Below are positions 7,940 through 15,866 of a stretch of 64,000 bases of DNA, one piece after another. The stretch spans positions 1,990 to 65,989 of the forward strand of contig DAHVCH010000011.1 of NCBI GenBank assembly GCA_027314165.1, given 5' to 3'. The notes under the pieces were generated by a model, which saw only the letters and a program-made list of their open reading frames with translations, did not search any database and was not told the origin of the DNA. Each line of letters begins with the position of its first letter. Within the stretch, counting starts at the first letter, position 1. This DNA comes from Thermoplasmata archaeon (lineage in GTDB: Archaea; Thermoplasmatota; Thermoplasmata; Lutacidiplasmatales; UBA184). Made by a program: the position numbers and the translations under genes.

Positions 7940-10069
7940 ATGACCGACCGCCCAGGGGTGGAGGTCGCGCCCGTCCCCACGATGCGGACGGCTGCCAAAG
8001 AGCGGCAGAAGATCCTCGCCTCGCTGGACTCCTCCCAGACCCGGGCCTTCCATCTCAGGACCATCGTGGTCGCCGGGATGGGTTTCTTCTCGGACGCCTA
8101 CGACCTCTTCGTCATCTCGATGGCGTTGCCCATCCTGGGATTCCTCTACGGCACTAGCGGGTCCCTCCCGAAGCTCGAGCTCTCCGCCATCGCCGCGTCC
8201 GCCCTGTTCGGAGCGGTGGTCGGACAGGTCTTCTTCGGTATGCTGGCCGACAAGTACGGACGGAAGAAGATCTACTCGCTCACGCTCTCGATCATGGTCG
8301 TCGGAGCGGTGGGGAGCGCGTTCGCCTCCCCGTTCATGGGGCTGGACCTGGTGATGGTCCTCGTCCTCTGGAGGTTCCTGCTCGGGTTCGGCGTGGGGGG
8401 AGACTATCCCCTCTCGGCCACCATCATGAGCGAGTACAGCAACATCCGTAACCGGGGAAGGCTCATCGCGAGCGTGTTCGCGATGCAGGGCTTCGGGCTG
8501 CTCACGGGAGCGGTCGTTTCGCTGGCCGCCATCCTGGTACTGCCGGTCCACGACTTGGACCTGGTCTGGAGGATCGTCCTCGGGTTCGGAGCGGTCCCGG
8601 CCCTGGCGACCATCTACTTCCGGACCAAGATGCCGGAGACCCCGCGGTTCCAACTGGCGGTCCAGGGCGACGTGGAGGCCGCCTCAAAGACCATCACCAC
8701 GCTCACAGGCAAGGCCGCGACGAGCCGGGCCATCGGGACCCCTTCGTCCCGCCACATCAAGGTCCCGCTCGGAACCTTCCTCCGAAACTACGCCCCGGTC
8801 CTCTTCGGCACCGCAGCTTCGTGGTTCCTGCTGGACATCGCGTTCTACTTCTCGAACATCTTCAATCCGACCGTCCTCACCCACATCGGGTTCGCTTCCT
8901 CCGAGCCCACGACGTTCCTCCTTGCGCACCAGGCGGTGCTCACGCTGGCCGAGGGGAACATCCTGATCGCGCTCTTCGCGACCGTGCCGGGATACTGGGC
9001 CGCGGTGGCCCTCATCGACCGCTGGGGCCGCCGAAGCCTCCAGATCATCGGGTTCGGCATCATGGCCTTCTCTTTTGCGATCCTCTCGTTCTTCTACAGC
9101 TTCCTGCTCGGGACCTCCCTCCTCCTGTTCCTCGCCGTCTACGCAACGACCTTCTTCTTCGCGAACTTCGGGCCCAACACCACGACCTTCGTGATCCCGA
9201 GCGAGGTCTATCCTACGCAGTTCCGAGGGACCGGGCACGGCATCTCGGCCGCCTCAGGCAAGATGGGGGCGGCGATCGCGACCTTCTTCCTGCCGCTGTT
9301 CCTGGTCGCGAACGGTCTGCCCCCCACCCTGCTCGTGCTCGCGGGGGTCTGCTTCCTGGGGTTCTTCATCTCCCTCGTCACCACCCCTGAGACCACCGGT
9401 CGTGCCCTCGAGGACGTCTCCCGCGAGGACGAGCTTCACCTCATGGTGGAGCGGTTCTCCGGGCATCTGGAGGGACTGGTCGACGCCGTAAAGCTCGGGG
9501 CGGGAGAGCTCAACGTGCTGCTCGCGAACCCTCCGACCGAGCTTTCCGAACGGGTCCCCCGCATCACGGCGATCGAGCAGCAGGCGGACGAGGCGGTCCA
9601 TCAGATCTACATCGATCTCAACAACAAGGTCATGCGGACCCAGGTGCGCTCGGACGTGGGCGCGCTCGCGAGCCACTTGGACGACATCATGGACGGCATC
9701 GAGGCCGTGGCGGCGCGGATGAAGACCTACCACTTCGTCGACAGCGACCCGGACCTCAAGCGGTTCGGAGAGATCGTGGTGCAGTGCGTCGATGAGGTGG
9801 GGGTAGGCATTCACGCGCTCGACGGGCTTCTGGACGGGAAGACCATCGAGCTCCAGCACTCCATCGAGGAAGTCAACCGTCTCGAGAACGAGGCGGACGA
9901 CCTCCTCCGAGGTCTTCTCGAGCGGCTGTTCAACGACTCGAAGTCGGCCCTGGAGGTCCTGAAGTTGAAGGACCTCTACGAGCGGCTCGAGGTCATCACC
10001 GACCGGTGCGAGGACGTGACGGACGTCTTCCAGGACCTGATGGTCCGGTACGCGGTGCTGGCCCCGTAG
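7940..10069 (+). CDS. MFS inorganic phosphate:H+ symporter (PHS/Pho84-like) fused to a C-terminal DUF47 (PhoU-like, COG1392) domain
   Basis: The N-terminal ~490 aa carry MFS motifs: GFFSDAYDLFVISMA, GRKKIY, RFLLGFGVGGDYPLSATIMSEYSN..RG. The C-terminal ~210 aa are soluble and helical with the DUF47 signature: …IEQQADEAVHQIYIDL…VNRLENEADDLLRGLLERLF…LKDLYERLEVITDRCEDVTDVFQDLMVRY. Confidence 0.8.
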   Translation: MTDRPGVEVAPVPTMRTAAKERQKILASLDSSQTRAFHLRTIVVAGMGFFSDAYDLFVISMALPILGFLYGTSGSLPKLELSAIAASALFGAVVGQVFFGMLADKYGRKKIYSLTLSIMVVGAVGSAFASPFMGLDLVMVLVLWRFLLGFGVGGDYPLSATIMSEYSNIRNRGRLIASVFAMQGFGLLTGAVVSLAAILVLPVHDLDLVWRIVLGFGAVPALATIYFRTKMPETPRFQLAVQGDVEAASKTITTLTGKAATSRAIGTPSSRHIKVPLGTFLRNYAPVLFGTAASWFLLDIAFYFSNIFNPTVLTHIGFASSEPTTFLLAHQAVLTLAEGNILIALFATVPGYWAAVALIDRWGRRSLQIIGFGIMAFSFAILSFFYSFLLGTSLLLFLAVYATTFFFANFGPNTTTFVIPSEVYPTQFRGTGHGISAASGKMGAAIATFFLPLFLVANGLPPTLLVLAGVCFLGFFISLVTTPETTGRALEDVSREDELHLMVERFSGHLEGLVDAVKLGAGELNVLLANPPTELSERVPRITAIEQQADEAVHQIYIDLNNKVMRTQVRSDVGALASHLDDIMDGIEAVAARMKTYHFVDSDPDLKRFGEIVVQCVDEVGVGIHALDGLLDGKTIELQHSIEEVNRLENEADDLLRGLLERLFNDSKSALEVLKLKDLYERLEVITDRCEDVTDVFQDLMVRYAVLAP

Positions 10070-10101
10070 ATTGCCGGGGCGGCCCGCGCGACCCTCGTGT
10101 G

Positions 10102-10120
10102 GACCTCAGGCCCTGAGGTC
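10102..10120 (+). terminator. Hairpin GACCTCAG-GCC-CTGAGGTC downstream of the transporter gene
   Basis: 8-bp perfect stem, 33 nt after the stop codon. There is no following T-tract, so a terminator role is tentative. Confidence 0.25.
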
Positions 10121-10155
10121 AGCTCCAGGCTCCCCGTGGGGGGGAGGAGGGAGAG

Positions 10156-10259
10156 CGCCGCCGCGCGGAGTTTCGGGTGAGCGCGTGGAGGGCGCGCACC
10201 GTTCGAACCGCGGACCTTTCGGTTAACAGCCGATCGCTCTGCCACTGAGCTACGGCGGC
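10156..10259 (-). tRNA. tRNA-Asn (anticodon GTT) interrupted by a ~32-nt insertion (intron) inside the T-loop
   Basis: Minus strand reads GCCGCCG-TA-GCTC-AGTGGCA-GAGC-G-ATCGG-CTGTTAA-CCGAA-AGGTC-CGCGG-TTCGAA[CGGTGCGCGCCCTCCACGCGCTCACCCGAAAC]T-CCGCG-CGGCGGC-G. The acceptor and T stems pair only if the bracketed ~32 nt are removed. The insert itself forms GGTG/CACC and CGCG/CGCG helices. Confidence 0.7.
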
Positions 10260-10288
10260 ACCGGTCGAGCCGACCCGAAGGAGGGTAT

Positions 10289-10705
10289 TTACCTTTCCCG
10301 CCGGGAAACCCCCGCGGCTACCACCCTCGGGGACGCCGCAGGGGGGGGCGCGTTCTTCGCCCGGAACCCCGCGGCGCGTTCCTTCAGGTGCTGGATGATG
10401 CTGTTCATCTGGTCCAGCGAGCGGTCCAGGTCCCTCCAGAACTCCTTCGCCGTCTCCGTGACGACCGCCCCTTCCGCCGAGGGTTCGATGACCCCCTGGC
10501 GTTCGAGGAGGTGGAGCGAATAGCGGACCTTGTGGATGGGCAGCTTCAGCGCCTCGGAGAGACGGATGATGCCCATGGGGTGGTTGTCCGAGAGCCTCTC
10601 AAGGATGTCGACGTTCCGTGCCAATAGCTCGAGCTCCGCCAGTATCCTGTCGACAAGAATCGTACCTTCCACTTCGTCTGGGAGCGGCTCTTCAGAGCTT
10701 GGCAT
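10289..10705 (-). CDS. Winged-helix transcriptional regulator (archaeal MarR/ArsR-like)
   Basis: 138 aa: …LERLSDNHPMGIIRLSEALKLPIHKVRYSLHLLERQGVIEPSAEGAVVTE… (HTH + wing). An ATTAAATA box lies about 30 nt upstream of the ATG. Confidence 0.65.
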   Translation of the reverse strand: MPSSEEPLPDEVEGTILVDRILAELELLARNVDILERLSDNHPMGIIRLSEALKLPIHKVRYSLHLLERQGVIEPSAEGAVVTETAKEFWRDLDRSLDQMNSIIQHLKERAAGFRAKNAPPPAASPRVVAAGVSRRER

Positions 10706-11103
10706 GCTACACCGTCTCCGGTGAGGCGGACGCTCCTATTTAATGGGTTGTTCTTCCGGTTTGGACCCAGATTCCCGCCGTCAGCCAGTTGGGGGCGCTC
10801 CCTCTCCCGAGACGGATCGTGAGGGGGCTCGAGGGCGGTTCAGGGCGCAAGGGCGGGCGACGCGACCACCCCCTTTCGGTTCACAGCCCGGATCCTGGCG
10901 TTCAGGGACGCGACGCGGCATCCATCTCCGGGTTCTCCGCTGAGTCGCGGGTCGCAGTACTGCCCAATTGCGGGTTACAGACCCTTGTCACCGCGAAAGG
11001 TCCTACGGCGTTGAGGAAAACCCCTGCGGGATCCTCCTCGAGAGCGCGCTCGCAAGCATGGTTTATACTGACGCCGCCCATGCGATGTTGGGGGTTTTTC
11101 AGA

Positions 11104-11700
11104 ATGAAATTTTGCCCCAGGTGTGGTGTGGCCGGCGAGGACGACCATGCGTACTGTCTGAAGTGCGGTCGTGCGTTCCCAACGGCCTCGACCGCAACAC
11201 GCGACGGGTCGTCGGGGGGCGCTCCGCTCCCGCCCCCATCGCCCGCCCCGTCGCCACCTCCTCCAGCCCCGGCGCCACAACCCTACATTCTCGTCACACC
11301 GTCGTACGGGCCCGCTCCACAGACCGTCTTCCTCCAACCCACTCATCACGAATCGCACGTAGGGGTCATCGTGGTAGTCACCATTTTGGTCCTCGTCCTG
11401 GTCTTCCTGTTCTACCCGCTGCCATTTTCATTCTCCATCATCAACCCGGGCAGCCTTTCGACCGGCCAATGCCACGCCCGGACCTTCGATTCCGGCGTAG
11501 GAGTCGCCTTCCACTGGTCCACCGGGGACGGCGCCACGGTGACCTTCAGCGTTGAGGACTCCTCTGGAAACGTGTTCTACTCCCAGAACGCGGCGAGCGG
11601 GTCCGGGTCCTTCACATCGAACGGCCACAGCTACGACTTCTGCATGTACGACTGGCTCGCCGATTCGGTGTCCGTTTCGGGAACCGCACCGATACTGTGA
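11104..11700 (+). CDS. Zinc-ribbon membrane protein (cytoplasmic CxxC..CxxC, Pro-rich linker, one TM, extracellular beta-rich domain)
   Basis: MKFCPRCGVAGEDDHAYCLKCGRAF…PPPSPAPSPPPPAPAPQP…VGVIVVVTILVLVLVFLF…. A TTTATAC box lies about 35 nt upstream. The ORF-track upstream extension (from 10789) looks non-coding. The gene appears noticeably less GC-rich than its neighbours. Confidence 0.6.
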   Translation: MKFCPRCGVAGEDDHAYCLKCGRAFPTASTATRDGSSGGAPLPPPSPAPSPPPPAPAPQPYILVTPSYGPAPQTVFLQPTHHESHVGVIVVVTILVLVLVFLFYPLPFSFSIINPGSLSTGQCHARTFDSGVGVAFHWSTGDGATVTFSVEDSSGNVFYSQNAASGSGSFTSNGHSYDFCMYDWLADSVSVSGTAPIL

Positions 11701-11725
11701 GAAAGGCTGCGAGGTGGCGTGGTCA

Positions 11726-11741
11726 GAGGGCCGCGGCCCTC
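11726..11741 (+). terminator. Perfect 16-nt palindrome GAGGGCCGCGGCCCTC after the zinc-ribbon gene
   Basis: Lies 26 nt downstream of the stop at 11700. Function as a terminator is inferred only from position. Confidence 0.25.
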
Positions 11742-11901
11742 CTCACGAGGCTTGACGCCCAGGAGTGGACATGATCGATCCGCGCCGAATGCGAAAGCCC
11801 TAGTCCCCACAGAATGGCGCAGGGCCGACGCACCTCGCAGGGCTCTCGACTGGACAGGATGAACCCTGACGGTCGGGCTTGGGCGGAAAGGGAGTTCGGG
11901 A

Positions 11902-11975
11902 CGGGCCCGCCGGGATTCGAACCCGGGTCTGAGGCTCCGGAGGCCCCTGTGATATCCAAGCTATACTACGGGCCC
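11902..11975 (-). tRNA. tRNA-Arg (anticodon CCG) with an aberrant D-arm
   Basis: GGGCCCG-TA-GTATAGCTTGGATATCACA-GGGGC-CTCCGGA-GCCTC-AGAC-CCGGG-TTCGAAT-CCCGG-CGGGCCC-G. The acceptor, anticodon and T arms are canonical. The D stem pairs only 2 bp in the standard register (or leaves a 4-nt linker in an alternative register), and the variable loop is 4 nt. Confidence 0.6.
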
Positions 11976-12320
11976 ATCGATGCGTCCCAAGGTGACGTGG
12001 ACGTGGTCCCTCTGACGAAGTGGTGTCCTCACGTCCGGTCGTGAAGCAACGTCAGGGTCCTCCCGGGACTGTCTGAGGCTGGTGTCTGGTTCCTAGATCC
12101 CTCCCCCGTTGGGGCCCAGCGCACACTGCTCGAGTGTCTTGAACTCTTCTAACGCAGGGTGGGGAAGGAGCCGCCCGGGCTCCGCAGGCGGCCAGGTTCA
12201 GCCCAAGGGCCCTGGGGGAACTGGTCCAGGGGTGCGTCCACGAATAGCAGACGGCGGGTGCCCACGCATCGCCCTGAGAGAGCCTTTAGCGGGAACCCGC
12301 ATGCCGGGACCAGGGCGAGC

Positions 12321-13178
12321 ATGGCGACGCTGCGACCGACGCCCCTTCCGCCCCGCGTCGGTGGGGTCCCCACGCTAACGACCGAAGGCCCGTCCGGGCT
12401 CCAGAGGAACCAGGTCCACACCCTGGACTGCCTGGAGGGCATGGCCAGGCTTGCGCCCTCCTCCGTCGACGTGATCGTCACCTCTCCACCCTACAACATC
12501 GGCAAGCCCTACCTCACGTACGACGACTCGCGCCCCAGGGAGGAGTACCTCGACTGGCTCGAGAGGGTGGCCGTCGCGGCGAAGCGGGTGCTCGCCGACG
12601 AAGGGTCGTTCTTCCTCAACCTGGGGGGGAAGCCGTCGGACCAGGGGATCCCCCTCGAGGTGGTGGACCGGTTCCGGAGGCACTTTACGCTCCAGAACAC
12701 CATCGTTTGGGTCAAGTCGGTGGCCGTCCACGACACCCTCGCCGTCGGCCACTACCAGCCGACGAACAGCGCTCGGTACCTGAACGGCTGCCACGAGTTC
12801 ATCTTCCACCTCACGAAGTCCGGGGACGTTTCCCTGGACAAGCTCGCCGTGGGGGTCCCCTACCAGGACAAGAGCAACATCGGACGGTGGGAGGCGGCCA
12901 AGAAGGACCTGAGGGACCGCGGGTCGACCTGGTTCATCCCCTACGACACGATCCAGGAGTCGCGGCCTCACCCCGCGGTCTTTCCCCCGAAGCTGCCGGA
13001 GATGTGCGTGCGCCTGCACGGGGTCCGCCCGAACATGCTGGTGCTGGACCCGTTCATGGGAACGGGCTCGACCGCGCTCGCCTGCCATCGCCTGGGCGTG
13101 GACTACCTGGGCTTCGAAGTGGACCCGAAGTACGTCGAGATCGCCCGGGAGAACCTCTCCCAGCTCACCCCCCGATAA
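12321..13178 (+). CDS. Beta-class DNA methyltransferase (motif IV SPPY, so N4-cytosine or N6-adenine), apparently orphan
   Basis: …VDVIVTSPPYNIGKPY…GSFFLNLG…HPAVFPPKLPEMCVRL…VLDPFMGTGSTALACHRLGVDYLGFEVDPKYVEIA. Motif IV comes before motif I, which defines the beta permutation. I prefer ATG 12321; the upstream part of ORF 12159.. looks non-coding. Confidence 0.85.
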   Translation: MATLRPTPLPPRVGGVPTLTTEGPSGLQRNQVHTLDCLEGMARLAPSSVDVIVTSPPYNIGKPYLTYDDSRPREEYLDWLERVAVAAKRVLADEGSFFLNLGGKPSDQGIPLEVVDRFRRHFTLQNTIVWVKSVAVHDTLAVGHYQPTNSARYLNGCHEFIFHLTKSGDVSLDKLAVGVPYQDKSNIGRWEAAKKDLRDRGSTWFIPYDTIQESRPHPAVFPPKLPEMCVRLHGVRPNMLVLDPFMGTGSTALACHRLGVDYLGFEVDPKYVEIARENLSQLTPR

Positions 13179-13899
13179 GGGAGCCCCCTTCGAGGGAGGG
13201 GCCCCGGCCGCCCCTGGGCGCGTGACCCGGCTCCCCCTGCGCGGGCACCCACGGGGCGGGGAGCGCGGAGCTCGCGCCCCAATGCTCCGCGAGCCGGGCC
13301 TCGATCCGGACCAGCATGACCGAGAGGCTGCCCTTGTCCACGCCGAGGTCGTGGGCGAGCTGGGTCAGCGAGATGCGACGGGGGAACGCGTAGTAGCCGC
13401 GTTGGACCGCGCGCCCGAAGACCTCGGCCTGGCGCGGGGTGAACTGGGACCCGGTGGGGTAGGCCCGTGAGGTCAGCACGGCCAGCACCCGGCTGCCCGG
13501 GAGGCGAGCCTCGAGCAAGGCGAGCGACCGGCGGGAGATGCGCTGGAGGCCGAGCACCTCCCAGTAGGCGCGACCGTCCCGCAGCGCGAACGGGTACCGA
13601 GGGACCATTCCGGTCTCCTCGAGAAGAGGCACCAGGACGAGGTGCCGGTACTCGACGCGAAGGAGCGCCCCGGACCGGCCCGCCTCCATGAGGCGCACCT
13701 CCTGGACGCTCGGGTCGTGCTGGAGGAAGGTGCGGAGCTCCTCGTTGGGCACGCCCTGCCCGGCGATGTGCGCGATGGAGCGGCCGGACCGCAGGCCCTG
13801 GAGGGCCATCACCCAGAACGTGGTGTCGGGGAAGCGCCGGCTCATCCGGGAGAGCCAGTAGTCGGCCGTAAGCTGGAGCTCGATGCGAACGATCGGCAT
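13165..13899 (-). CDS. HTH_10 (bacterioopsin-activator/Bat-type) DNA-binding regulator
   Basis: C-terminal …FTPRQAEVFGRAVQRGYYAFPRRISLTQLAHDLGVDKGSLSVMLVRIEARL is the HTH_10 signature. The start lies 8 nt after the ClC gene stop, so the two are likely co-transcribed. Confidence 0.8.
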   Translation of the reverse strand: MPIVRIELQLTADYWLSRMSRRFPDTTFWVMALQGLRSGRSIAHIAGQGVPNEELRTFLQHDPSVQEVRLMEAGRSGALLRVEYRHLVLVPLLEETGMVPRYPFALRDGRAYWEVLGLQRISRRSLALLEARLPGSRVLAVLTSRAYPTGSQFTPRQAEVFGRAVQRGYYAFPRRISLTQLAHDLGVDKGSLSVMLVRIEARLAEHWGASSALPAPWVPAQGEPGHAPRGGRGPSLEGGSLIGG

Positions 13900-13907
13900 C
13901 CGAAGAG

Positions 13908-15866
13908 CTACCCTCCCCCGGTCCCGAGGTCACCCGACCCGGACCGGACCCCTGCCGCGGAGGAGCGGAGCTGGGAGAGGCCCACACGGGTGACCATCCC
14001 CACGATGTGGACGAAGGGCTCGTGCCCGAGGACGGCCGCGACCTCCACGCCCCGCTGTTCCAGCATCGCTAGGGCCTCCGCGGCCGAGGCGTACTCGGGC
14101 ACGAGCACCTCGAAGGGACGGACCAGTTCCCCCACGCGCCGCTCGGCCCGCTCGTCCTCCGGCACGTGCAGCAGGTCGCTGACCTTGACGATCCCCTGCC
14201 AGACCTGCCCGAGCTTCACCGGGAAGAGGTACTGCTCCGTGTTGGCCGCGATCTGGAGGGCCTCGCGGATGCTTGCCCCGGGCGGCAGGTGGGTCATCTC
14301 CGGGCGCGTGAGCGCGAGGACCGGCACTTCCGAGAGCAGGAGCCGGCGGTACTCGTCGCGGTGCGCGGGGCTCCGCAGGCGCGTCGACACCTGCTCGGAG
14401 TACAGGTGATTGCTCCCGGTCATCAGGTAGGCGATGAAGATCGCGAGCATCGCAGGGAGGAGGAGGCTGTAGCTGCCCGCCATCTCCACGACCATCACGA
14501 GCACGGCCAGGGGAGCCTTCGAGATCCCCCCGAAGAAGGCCATCATCCCCACGATGACGAAGGCCGCGACGTCCTGAGACGGGACCAGCGACGGGGAGAG
14601 GAGGTGGAAGAGCCCTCCGATGACCGTGCCGAGCAAGGCCCCCACCACGACGCTGGTACCGAAGAGCCCCGCGCTCCCCCCGCTCCCGACGGTGAGCGAG
14701 GTGGTCAGCATCCGTAACACCACGGCCACCCCGATGGTGAGCAGGGCCAGGGGCCCGAAGACCCCGAGCGAGCCCACCTGGCCCAGCATCGCGGCCTGGA
14801 CGAACCCGTACCCGACGTTGATGGCGGCCAGCGCGGCGTAGTGGTCCTCGGCCGGCAGGGTGAAGTAGACCACGAGCACCAGAACCCCCGCGGAGACGGC
14901 CCCGAGCCCGGCGCGGAGGCTCAGAGGGAGCCCGCTCCTCGAGAACCAGGACTCCGTACGCCGGTACATCTGGACGAAGCCCACCCCCACGCCCGCGCAG
15001 ACGAGGCCGAGCAGCGCGTAGAGCGGGATCTGCGGGACGGTCCAGAGCGTCCCCCCCGGCGAGGCGAAGATGCTCTGGAACCCGAAGAGCGAACCGTAGA
15101 TCGAGTAGCTGACCACGGAGGAGATGATCGCGGGGACGAAGACGACCGGCTCGAAGTCCCCCGTGTAGAAGATCTCCGCCGCGTAGATGGCTCCCCCCAG
15201 AGGGGCCCGGAAGATCGCGCCCACCCCGGCGCCGAGACCGGAGGCCAGGGCGATCCTCCGCTCGCTCGGGGAGAGGCCGAGCGCGTCCGCCCAGAGCGAC
15301 CCGAACCCTCCTCCGACCTGGCTGACCGGTCCTTCTCTCCCGCCCGCGCCTCCCGTCCCCAGGGTGATGGAGCTGGCCAGCACTTTCAGGAGCGGCACCC
15401 GGTACCGGATGCGTCCCTCCTTCTGGTGGAACGCCCGGATCGCCTGGTCCGTTCCGTGACCGGCGATCTCGGGAGCGAACCACTGGGCGATGGCGCCCGA
15501 GACGACGCCGCCCAGACCCATCACCAGGGGCAGCAGCAGGATGCGCGGGAAGGAGCTCGACCAGGTGACCTGCAGTCCCCCGGCCAAGGGGTACTGGATC
15601 CCGACGATGATGTCCAGGAAGAAATAGGTCGAGAGCAGCCAGAGGGAGTAGAACATCACCGCGCCGACGCCGGCGACGACCCCGATCGGAACCGCGATCA
15701 GCGCCCACCGGGCCAGGTCCCTCGAGACCTTCCCCCATCCCTTGAGGTCGGAGCTCCACGCCCCTCCCCAGCGCTTGCGGAGATCGGCGAGCGGGGCCTC
15801 GACCCAGTGCGGCAGGCCATGGCCCAGGGGCTTGTCCGCCTCCCGATCGTCCTTTCCGCCGATCAT
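13908..15866 (-). CDS. ClC-family chloride channel / Cl-/H+ antiporter with C-terminal CBS pair
   Basis: GTGGAGGREGP (GxEGP selectivity motif), GAIFRAPLGGAIYAAEIFY, about 10-12 TM segments, then a CBS-like C-terminus (…GIVKVSDLLHV…IVGMVTRVGL…). Confidence 0.9.
   Translation of the reverse strand: MIGGKDDREADKPLGHGLPHWVEAPLADLRKRWGGAWSSDLKGWGKVSRDLARWALIAVPIGVVAGVGAVMFYSLWLLSTYFFLDIIVGIQYPLAGGLQVTWSSSFPRILLLPLVMGLGGVVSGAIAQWFAPEIAGHGTDQAIRAFHQKEGRIRYRVPLLKVLASSITLGTGGAGGREGPVSQVGGGFGSLWADALGLSPSERRIALASGLGAGVGAIFRAPLGGAIYAAEIFYTGDFEPVVFVPAIISSVVSYSIYGSLFGFQSIFASPGGTLWTVPQIPLYALLGLVCAGVGVGFVQMYRRTESWFSRSGLPLSLRAGLGAVSAGVLVLVVYFTLPAEDHYAALAAINVGYGFVQAAMLGQVGSLGVFGPLALLTIGVAVVLRMLTTSLTVGSGGSAGLFGTSVVVGALLGTVIGGLFHLLSPSLVPSQDVAAFVIVGMMAFFGGISKAPLAVLVMVVEMAGSYSLLLPAMLAIFIAYLMTGSNHLYSEQVSTRLRSPAHRDEYRRLLLSEVPVLALTRPEMTHLPPGASIREALQIAANTEQYLFPVKLGQVWQGIVKVSDLLHVPEDERAERRVGELVRPFEVLVPEYASAAEALAMLEQRGVEVAAVLGHEPFVHIVGMVTRVGLSQLRSSAAGVRSGSGDLGTGGG

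Noticed and set aside
10745-11055. About 310-nt unassigned GC-rich spacer, tested by eye for RNase P RNA / SRP RNA signatures
   Set aside because: GAGGAAAACCCC and ACAGCCCGG vaguely recall RNase P CR-I/CR-V, but they occur in the wrong order and with mismatches. No SRP helix-8 GGAAGCAGC-type motif is present. I could not support any RNA family and left it unannotated.
11976-12320. Search for a restriction endonuclease partner of the DNA methyltransferase
   Set aside because: Upstream there is only a 345-nt stretch whose ORFs (12109..12378, 12149..12481) are short and junk-like. Downstream is a convergent HTH_10 regulator. I therefore call the methyltransferase an orphan rather than inventing an R gene.
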